DNA of 54,028 nucleotides from a virus (lineage: Duplodnaviria; Caudoviricetes): positions 1-54,028 of the IMG/VR virus record IMGVR_UViG_3300006754_000024; one strand, 5' to 3'. Position numbers and translations under genes: made by a program. Position 1 is the stretch's first letter; each line of letters starts with the position of its first letter. Shown one piece after another: positions 35,849-42,607 of this stretch. The notes under the pieces were generated by a model, which was not told the DNA's origin, ran no database searches, and worked only from the letters and a program-made list of their open reading frames with translations.

Positions 35849-36611
35849 AGACTGGCACCAACAGTGGGGCTCCGCGTGGGGAGACTACGGGGCCAACTGC
35901 TCGAATTGGCAGATCGACCCGAGCTCCCACCACTTCCAAAACCCTCGCACGCTCTCTGAGAAGATTGAGCGAATGCGGTTCGCTGTCGGTGGCAATCGAA
36001 AGACCGGCTATGAGGAGCCTATCCCTACCACCAAGGCCGAGGCCATCGCCGTCTTGGAGCACGCTCGTCGCCAGGCGTCCCTGGATGGGCCTCAAGGTGC
36101 GATGAACTTCTTCAACGATTCGCAGTCCCAGCTCTTTTCCCAGATGGACGAGAACAACATCCTGGACATTCTGGAGCGGTCCCTAACCATCTATGCTCGA
36201 GGCTTCGAGGAGTGTGGAGTGGAGCCGTCGGTATTCGCGGCCGGGTACCTGCAAGGAAAGGTCGAAGCGCTTGGGGGCCAAGGCATTCCGCAGCTGCGGA
36301 TCAACGTGTGGGGAAGAGAAGAAGAGGCCCAGCCCGCCAAGGCTGCGCCTCCGGCCACACCGGGGGCACCAGGCGCGGCCGGAGAGGGTAGGTCTGCGGC
36401 GGAGGTGATCCGACAAGAGGAGCTCGCTCGCCTGAAAGCTCAAAGAGAGGCCGAGAGAGCTCGGTGGTGGGCCGCGAACAAAACCAAGGTGTTTATCGGG
36501 ATCGGTGTGTTCGTCCTTCTCCTCGGAGTCGGTGGGGCAGCTGCGAAGAAACGATCGAAGAGAGCTCGACGCCAATCTCCAGCGGACGAGCTGATGGGGT
36601 ATCTCACATGA
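35835..36611 (+). CDS. Tail-anchored membrane protein
   Basis: AAGGAG RBS; leader ending WGDYG; TM plus KKRSKRARR. Confidence 0.7.
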   Translation: MRRSEDWHQQWGSAWGDYGANCSNWQIDPSSHHFQNPRTLSEKIERMRFAVGGNRKTGYEEPIPTTKAEAIAVLEHARRQASLDGPQGAMNFFNDSQSQLFSQMDENNILDILERSLTIYARGFEECGVEPSVFAAGYLQGKVEALGGQGIPQLRINVWGREEEAQPAKAAPPATPGAPGAAGEGRSAAEVIRQEELARLKAQREAERARWWAANKTKVFIGIGVFVLLLGVGGAAAKKRSKRARRQSPADELMGYLT

Positions 36612-37489
36612 AAGCACCGACACCGAACTCCTGGGAAGGACAATGGTCTTCCCAATACGATGCGGCGAACCCGAACGAATACGGGCTCATTCCGATCCTT
36701 ATCGGGCTGGCAATTATCGGCGGAGGCGGCGGCTACATGGCCTACGAATCCGCACAGACCGCCCTCGAACATACTCAGACCAGCGATATGTGGGCGGCTC
36801 TGCGAGTCGAATATGACAAGCGAAACAGCCCCTTGACAAGCTGGAGAGATGAGCGAGTCCAGACGATGTGGCTCAATGCTCCCGCGAACGATGTCGAGGC
36901 CGATATCATGGCAGCGTTCTGGATGTACCGAGCAGCTCGACAGGCGAAAGAGCAGGTAGGGTTCACCGCCTATCACGAAACCCTTATCGCACAGGGAGAT
37001 ATGTACTGGAGGGCCGGAGAGCAGCGCCAGGCCGTAGCAGGATGGCAGGACCACACGGGCCAGATCATGAACATCCTAAAGGGTGCAGCCGCGAAGGTGG
37101 GGGATATCGACATCGGGATGCGGGTGGCCGTCCAAGACTTGGCCAACCCAAGGGCCATCGAGCAACGCCGACACCTAACTGCTACCTTGGGGAATCCGGA
37201 CTGGATGCGGTGGCAGTGGGCGAAGGAGACGGGAAGCGACATCGCTCAGCTGGCGACGGACCCTATGGCAGCAACCGGAATCGACGATCTGGTGAACGCT
37301 CCTAAAAACCTGTGGGACGAATACAAGTGGTGGATAATCGGGATCGGGGGCGGGTATCTACTCCTGAACATCCTACTGGCTGCACGCGGAGGGAAGAAAA
37401 GCCGAGCCCCAGCTCGAGCTCGAGCTCGACCTCCGGCCCGATCGAGACCTTCGGGACGGAGCCTGAGCGAAATACGAGGCGGATCCTGA
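36608..37489 (+). CDS. Membrane protein with N- and C-terminal TM helices
   Basis: ATGA coupling; leader ending NEYG, then LIPILIGLAII; C-terminal TM plus basic tail. Confidence 0.7.
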   Translation: MKAPTPNSWEGQWSSQYDAANPNEYGLIPILIGLAIIGGGGGYMAYESAQTALEHTQTSDMWAALRVEYDKRNSPLTSWRDERVQTMWLNAPANDVEADIMAAFWMYRAARQAKEQVGFTAYHETLIAQGDMYWRAGEQRQAVAGWQDHTGQIMNILKGAAAKVGDIDIGMRVAVQDLANPRAIEQRRHLTATLGNPDWMRWQWAKETGSDIAQLATDPMAATGIDDLVNAPKNLWDEYKWWIIGIGGGYLLLNILLAARGGKKSRAPARARARPPARSRPSGRSLSEIRGGS

Positions 37490-38064
37490 TGGACGCTCGA
37501 GAGGAATACGTCAAATGGCACAGCTGGGGAGACGTTGGAGAGGGATCCATCCAACCCACTAAGGTACTGGACATCGACGGTCCGGGATTCCCGTCTGAGC
37601 TCGTAGCGATGGGAGAGCTCCACGAGCTCCACGTCGAGCCGACAGACGGAGACCAGATTGAGATCATCGACTACACCGACGAGCCTGGCTGGGCGGCATA
37701 CGATCCGAAACACCCTTTGCAGAGGATCCACCTATGGCTCCCCGAGGAACAAAGGAAGTGGATGGTACAGCACTACGTGGACACTTCGCCGAACGCGGAA
37801 TGGTGGTCTCTACAGGCGGTTGCAAAGGCAGTCGGAGGTCGCCAGGCCTCCTATCCGATCTACGCACAGGAAGAGGTTCAGCCCATTGGACCGCTAACCC
37901 ATATCACGTACTATACGGAGAAGGTGGGAGACGGGCTCAGCCAGTACATTCATGAGTTCGGTGAGGAATCCGATCTCCGACCCTGGCTCGTCGTGGACCG
38001 TCGAGGTAATATATTCGTCGTGGGGGGTAACTATCACAGCCCATACGAGGGGATTACTGATTGA
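37489..38064 (+). CDS. Soluble beta-rich virus protein of unknown function
   Basis: TGATG coupling; YIHEFGEE..RP.L...GGNY....GI pattern. Confidence 0.7.
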   Translation: MDAREEYVKWHSWGDVGEGSIQPTKVLDIDGPGFPSELVAMGELHELHVEPTDGDQIEIIDYTDEPGWAAYDPKHPLQRIHLWLPEEQRKWMVQHYVDTSPNAEWWSLQAVAKAVGGRQASYPIYAQEEVQPIGPLTHITYYTEKVGDGLSQYIHEFGEESDLRPWLVVDRRGNIFVVGGNYHSPYEGITD

Positions 38065-38450
38065 TGGAAGAGAGCTTCTTCGGATACCTGCTGGACTACG
38101 GGAGCCTGGGGCTGCTCGCTGCTTATCTGGCCTGGTGGAACCACAAGGCACAGGCAAGGATGGATCAGGCGGCACGGGCGTTCCAGGAGCAGATCCAGGC
38201 CATGGTGGTTCGAGCCGACACCAAAGAAACCTCGCTAAGAGAGCGCTACGACGAAGTTATATCCAAATATGACGAGTCAAGGACGGCCATGATCTCCGAC
38301 GTAGCGACCAGGCTGGCCCTCCAGGAGCAGAAGCTCGACGAGTGCCTCGGCACCCTGTCGACGGGACTAGCTGAGATGCGAACCCACATCACCGAGCTCG
38401 AGGTAAGATGGAAGGTCCAAGACGCGAGAGCCGAAGCAGCAGTCAGGTAG
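38064..38450 (+). CDS. Holin-like protein (single N-terminal TM plus coiled coil)
   Basis: YGSLGLLAAYLAWW followed by a heptad-like helix, resembling BhlA-type architecture. Confidence 0.5.
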   Translation: MEESFFGYLLDYGSLGLLAAYLAWWNHKAQARMDQAARAFQEQIQAMVVRADTKETSLRERYDEVISKYDESRTAMISDVATRLALQEQKLDECLGTLSTGLAEMRTHITELEVRWKVQDARAEAAVR

Positions 38451-38658
38451 CCTTCCCTTTAGGTAGGAGCTCCCGCTTCACTCTCCTCGTGTTCGCTTTC
38501 CTAATGAACATGCGCATACCGTCTCTAACCGCTTCGCTCGCCTCACTCGCTCCGGCTGTGGCGCAAGCGTCCAGGAATTGATGCCAGAGATAACGGGGCA
38601 CTCGAACCCTAACTGTATGGGATGCGGTACCTTTCGCGAGACGTTTGGGTAGCGGCAT
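38443..38658 (-). CDS. Ribbon-helix-helix transcription regulator
   Basis: TVRVRVP..LW..F...C.....SEAVR..MR.FI; divergent from the core/capsid operon. Confidence 0.7.
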   Translation of the reverse strand: MPLPKRLAKGTASHTVRVRVPRYLWHQFLDACATAGASEASEAVRDGMRMFIRKANTRRVKRELLPKGKAT

Positions 38659-38849
38659 GGGTTGGCTCCTGTAGCTACAGATGGTGCCACAGAGAATAAC
38701 CCTTCTCCCTTGACCGAACCAGGCCGAAGGTGTGAAGGTTATCGCGGGTGACGGTTCACTGGGCAAACAGGTTCGGACCACACTCACCGCACTCAACGCA
38801 CAGTTTTTATCCAAAAACGCCGCACCCACCCTTTTCACAAGGAGCAAAA

Positions 38850-40154
38850 ATGGCAACTCGTCGGTATTCACGGCGACGGCGCAACACAGGCGCTCTGCTC
38901 GTCAACCCACGCCGTCGGCGTCGGACCAGGAAGAAGAGGACTAGCGCGAAATCGCTACTCTCCCGCCTGCGCCGTCGCAAGACCACAAGTAGCAAACGCA
39001 AGCGCAGTGCAGCCGCGAAGAAGGCAGCAGCCACCCGGCGTCGCAACGCGACTCGTCGGAGCAACGCTGCCAAGCGTGCCGCTCGCACTCGTCGCCGCAA
39101 CGGAACCAAAAGGGGCCAGCGTCGCCGTACTGCTCGCCGGGCATACACCCGCCGCCGTAACGGTACAACTCGAGGGATGCGTCGCAAGACCGCTCGCCGA
39201 GCGTATACCCGTAGACGGCGCAATACTGGAGTCATGACAGGGATTCAGCAGAATCTCAAGAAGGTTCCAGTCGTTGGTGGAATGCTGAGCGATATCGTTG
39301 GGCTCGGTGTCCCTGCCGCGTTCGGTGCTATCTCGATCCTTCCGATCGAAATGGGACTGAAGGCCGGTGGACGGTACCTCCCCGAGAAGCTCCAAGCCGT
39401 TTCCTTCACCGTCGGAGGCCTCCTGATGGGTGCCCTGGCGAAGAAGTTCCTTCCCGCCGGGAAGTTCCGGGATCAAATCAGTGTCGCTCTCGCGACTGCT
39501 GGTGGTGCCGTCGACTTCTACCGCTGGCGACAGGGGCAAACCACAGTGGCGGCAATCGAAGTCGCTGAGGCTGCGACGGCCGGGTTCGGTGAGCTCGAAG
39601 TCATGAGCGGCTATGGTGAGCTCGAAGTCATGAGCGGATACGGTGGTGGCTACGGTGAGCTCGAAGTTATGAGCGGATACGGCGATATGGGGTACGATGT
39701 CGTAAATTTTGATGTAGCGGGGGCTGGCACTTCCCTCGGAGCGTATCTTAGTGATGCTTCGATGGCCGATGCCTATTATTCTGGGAGTGATCTGGGCGCC
39801 GCCGAGCGTACAGCAGCACTGGCCGGTCCTCGCCGTTTCATGCGCCGTTTTCCATCTCCGGGACGTAGGCTTCACCGCCTACGTCAAACCGGTTCTTCCC
39901 AATCCCAGCCCTCGGCTAACGCCGGGAAGCCGGGATGTGGGAAGAAGTGGATGATATGTCTCGTTGGGTTTGACAACTTTCAGAAAATTGCAGCTCTCCC
40001 CACCAAGGAGCGCAGACGGGTTATCCGTTCTCTGAAGCGTCAAGCCAAACAATCTCTTCCTGATATGCTCTCGACCGATGATTCGATGGATCCAAATACA
40101 GCGATGGATTCTACCGAAGGGTTCGGAGCCCTCATGTACGCTGGTGGCTACTAG
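38850..40154 (+). CDS. Protamine-like core/membrane precursor protein
   Basis: AAGGAG RBS; ~125-aa Arg-rich N-terminus with RRRN repeats; hydrophobic helices; ELEVMSGYG three times. Confidence 0.8.
   Translation: MATRRYSRRRRNTGALLVNPRRRRRTRKKRTSAKSLLSRLRRRKTTSSKRKRSAAAKKAAATRRRNATRRSNAAKRAARTRRRNGTKRGQRRRTARRAYTRRRNGTTRGMRRKTARRAYTRRRRNTGVMTGIQQNLKKVPVVGGMLSDIVGLGVPAAFGAISILPIEMGLKAGGRYLPEKLQAVSFTVGGLLMGALAKKFLPAGKFRDQISVALATAGGAVDFYRWRQGQTTVAAIEVAEAATAGFGELEVMSGYGELEVMSGYGGGYGELEVMSGYGDMGYDVVNFDVAGAGTSLGAYLSDASMADAYYSGSDLGAAERTAALAGPRRFMRRFPSPGRRLHRLRQTGSSQSQPSANAGKPGCGKKWMICLVGFDNFQKIAALPTKERRRVIRSLKRQAKQSLPDMLSTDDSMDPNTAMDSTEGFGALMYAGGY
39588..39683 (+). repeat. Coding tandem repeat, GELEVMSGY three times
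   Basis: ggtgagctcgaagtYatgagcggMtaY three times, with a 9-nt GGY-coding insert before the third copy. Confidence 0.9.
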
Positions 40155-40211
40155 AGAGCCTTTTCAACTAAATCAACTTAGGCTGTAAAGGTTCAGCCAA
40201 GGAGAAACAAA

Positions 40212-40859
40212 ATGCCTTACGGTATCCCAGGAGTTCCCATGCTCCCCCCCGGTGGCCCCGGAGTTTCCGGCGTTCCACTTGAACTTCCGAAGAATGTTGT
40301 CCGGGTTGGAGAGCAGGCTTTGTGGAGCACTTGCCAGCTCGCTATCGGTGGCGTCGCTTCTACTACTGCTCGAGTTTTCTCGACTCCCATTGGTCAAACT
40401 GGTCAAGGGTATGGTGCTGCTCTAAGCCTTGCAGAGACGAATCTCAAGGAAGGAGGCCGCATACCGGCCGGTCTTGCATACGATACGTTCGGCGTAGCTT
40501 GTGTGATCCAGGGTGCTGCTGCTGTCGTTACTCCTACTGTAGCCGACGCTTCTGTCATCTATAAAGACGGCGTGCTCTCATGGGATTTTTTGCAAACGGT
40601 AATTGATATTGCGCCTTGTTCCTTGATTGGAGCTGGTGGCGGTCTGTTCGCTATCGGGTCCGGTGCAGCCGCAACGGAGTACGTCAATAACTCGAACGGT
40701 GGATTGTGGGTGTACAGGCGCCACCCCGTTGCGTTGCCTGCCAACACAACCTTCAACATTCTGCTTCGTTTCGGCTCGAGCGCTCAGCCTCTCGTTGCTG
40801 TCACGAACGTGAAGATTGTTCTCGTTGGTGCCTATCGTCAGGCGATCGAAATCGCCTGA
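40212..40859 (+). CDS. Putative major capsid protein, single jelly-roll type
   Basis: Strong AAGGAG RBS; own terminator; many T-ending codons; all-beta pattern; FSTPIGQ...LAETNLKEGGRIP segment; follows the core protein gene. Confidence 0.6.
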   Translation: MPYGIPGVPMLPPGGPGVSGVPLELPKNVVRVGEQALWSTCQLAIGGVASTTARVFSTPIGQTGQGYGAALSLAETNLKEGGRIPAGLAYDTFGVACVIQGAAAVVTPTVADASVIYKDGVLSWDFLQTVIDIAPCSLIGAGGGLFAIGSGAAATEYVNNSNGGLWVYRRHPVALPANTTFNILLRFGSSAQPLVAVTNVKIVLVGAYRQAIEIA

Positions 40860-40865
40860 TTCGCA

Positions 40866-40904
40866 CAGAAAGGGAGGGGCAAGCGATTGCCCCTCTCTCT
40901 TCTG
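40866..40904 (+). terminator. Terminator hairpin after the putative capsid gene
   Basis: GAGGGGCAA-GCGA-TTGCCCCTC stem with a GNRA loop, extended by pyrimidines. Confidence 0.7.
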
Positions 40905-40930
40905 GAATTTAACCTCGGACCGGAGCTCAT

Positions 40931-41554
40931 ATGTCCTACGGTGACGGATATTACGGTGGCGGGCCTCCTGTTGCGGCTGGAAGCCCCTTCTCGAACCAGG
41001 TAGTCGGTAGCGGCGGCATGCCTGGAATGCAGGCACAGCTCAATCCTCCGAGCAGAGCGAGCTCAGGCGGGCCAGCCGGCCAGCCTCTTCCTCCCTTCAT
41101 GCGGACCCCTGTCTGGCCTCCTCAGCTCCTTCTGAGTACGAACCGCCAGGTTGCCCACCAGCATCGCGACTATGTCGTTCAGAACCTCAATTCGCCCGTC
41201 AATACGGCCTCGGTTCAGACTATTCGCTTCGACATTCCCTGTCTGGTGTACGCGATCCAGGCATCTGTCGAGAACACGGCAGCTCTGAATACCCAGATCG
41301 GAGCCAATGGGGATCTCAACACCTTCCTTTGTCTGCTCGAGCACTCGAATGGAGATCGTCTCACGACCCAGGCCTGCCTCGGTGGTTCTGTGTTCGGATC
41401 GGCAGAGCTCCCTCGACTGATTGGCGGAAACGGATGGGTCTTCGACCGTGGTGGAGCTCTCGTCTTCACTTTCACCCCGCTCGCCGCCAATATGCGGATC
41501 AATGTCAACGTGTGGGCAATCGAAGAGCGTGGGCCACGAAATCTAACTCGATAG
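40931..41554 (+). CDS. Putative second or minor jelly-roll capsid protein
   Basis: Gly/Pro-rich N-terminal arm (MSYGDGYYGG), then a ~130-aa beta domain. Confidence 0.5.
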   Translation: MSYGDGYYGGGPPVAAGSPFSNQVVGSGGMPGMQAQLNPPSRASSGGPAGQPLPPFMRTPVWPPQLLLSTNRQVAHQHRDYVVQNLNSPVNTASVQTIRFDIPCLVYAIQASVENTAALNTQIGANGDLNTFLCLLEHSNGDRLTTQACLGGSVFGSAELPRLIGGNGWVFDRGGALVFTFTPLAANMRINVNVWAIEERGPRNLTR

Positions 41555-41564
41555 GGGGCCGACG

Positions 41565-42200
41565 ATGTCGACACGCAGGCCCACCCACATAGGGTACTAC
41601 GAGGATATGTCCCAGATCCCCGAGCCGGTTCCGGCTCCGGGGGAATGGAGCGACAAGGGACAGTGGCACAATCCTGCTGGAACCCTTCCTTTTCCCAATC
41701 CCACCAATATGCCCATCGGTGTGTGGAACGGCATTCCGACGATGCTGGTGTGGACTGCGGGAACGGCCCCCAGTGTGCGAACGGCCCAGTGGCGTAGTCC
41801 TGTATTCGATCTCCGGCCGGAGCAGCGTGCGGCCCGTGGTGAAGTACGAAACCAAGGAACCATTCCTATCTGGAAGCCCTCTACCGTGACAGGTGGAGCC
41901 GGCGGCCGTCTTTGGGTTCAGATCGGAGACTTTTCGACGCTCGCCGTTAGCGTGACAAGTATGGAGATGAACTTTCGCGAGCGAGGACATATCCAAGATC
42001 CGAACTCCATGTCTGTCATCTGTCCGAACGAGGACATCACTGACAAATACGTGCCAGGGATGCAGGATTGCATTCTGAGCTTCACTCCACCTGGTGAGGG
42101 CTACCCGGTACGCTACTGGCAGCTGATCCTACAGTTCGACGTGTACGATGCAACCCTGCCTTCAGATCCAGCTTTGCAGGTTGAGGGGAGCTACTACTAA
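41565..42200 (+). CDS. Putative structural beta protein
   Basis: Pro-rich arm and beta-strand pattern; lies in the capsid gene cluster. Confidence 0.5.
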   Translation: MSTRRPTHIGYYEDMSQIPEPVPAPGEWSDKGQWHNPAGTLPFPNPTNMPIGVWNGIPTMLVWTAGTAPSVRTAQWRSPVFDLRPEQRAARGEVRNQGTIPIWKPSTVTGGAGGRLWVQIGDFSTLAVSVTSMEMNFRERGHIQDPNSMSVICPNEDITDKYVPGMQDCILSFTPPGEGYPVRYWQLILQFDVYDATLPSDPALQVEGSYY

Positions 42201-42607
42201 TGCCTATTTTGGCCGATATCTCCCAAGCTGGGCCACCCGCCTCGAGTGGGACTGCCACCTGGTACCAGGAAGTCCTTCTCAACGCAGGCGGAGCTTTCAA
42301 CAGCCAGGCCTTGATGGTGCCCGCGCTCCCCGCGCTCACCTTTTGGGCTGAGGTCTTCAATGCGGGTGGCGTCGCCGTTACGCTTCAACCTCAGTTCGCT
42401 GCTCGAGGAACGACTAATGTGGTCTTGGGACAGCCCAACCCGGTTCCCACCTGGTTAGACCTGGCTCCGCCCGTCCTGATCCCCGCGTTCGGTGGCGGAG
42501 TAACTCTCAACAACTACATCTGCCCGTGCGTCTGGATCCGGATGGTGCTCACTCGAACCGCCGCCGTAAACACCAGTGTCCGCCTCTACATGGCTGGGAG
42601 CGTGTGA
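42200..42607 (+). CDS. Small beta-rich structural protein (penton/vertex candidate)
   Basis: TAATG coupling; 135 aa; hydrophobic beta strands. Confidence 0.5.
   Translation: MPILADISQAGPPASSGTATWYQEVLLNAGGAFNSQALMVPALPALTFWAEVFNAGGVAVTLQPQFAARGTTNVVLGQPNPVPTWLDLAPPVLIPAFGGGVTLNNYICPCVWIRMVLTRTAAVNTSVRLYMAGSV

Noticed and set aside
34737-39683. Tandem repeats as CRISPR arrays or iterons
   Set aside because: Short, in-frame coding repeats without unique spacers
39690-40920. Absence of GAGCTC across the capsid gene
   Set aside because: A gap of this length could arise by chance given the motif density and codon bias
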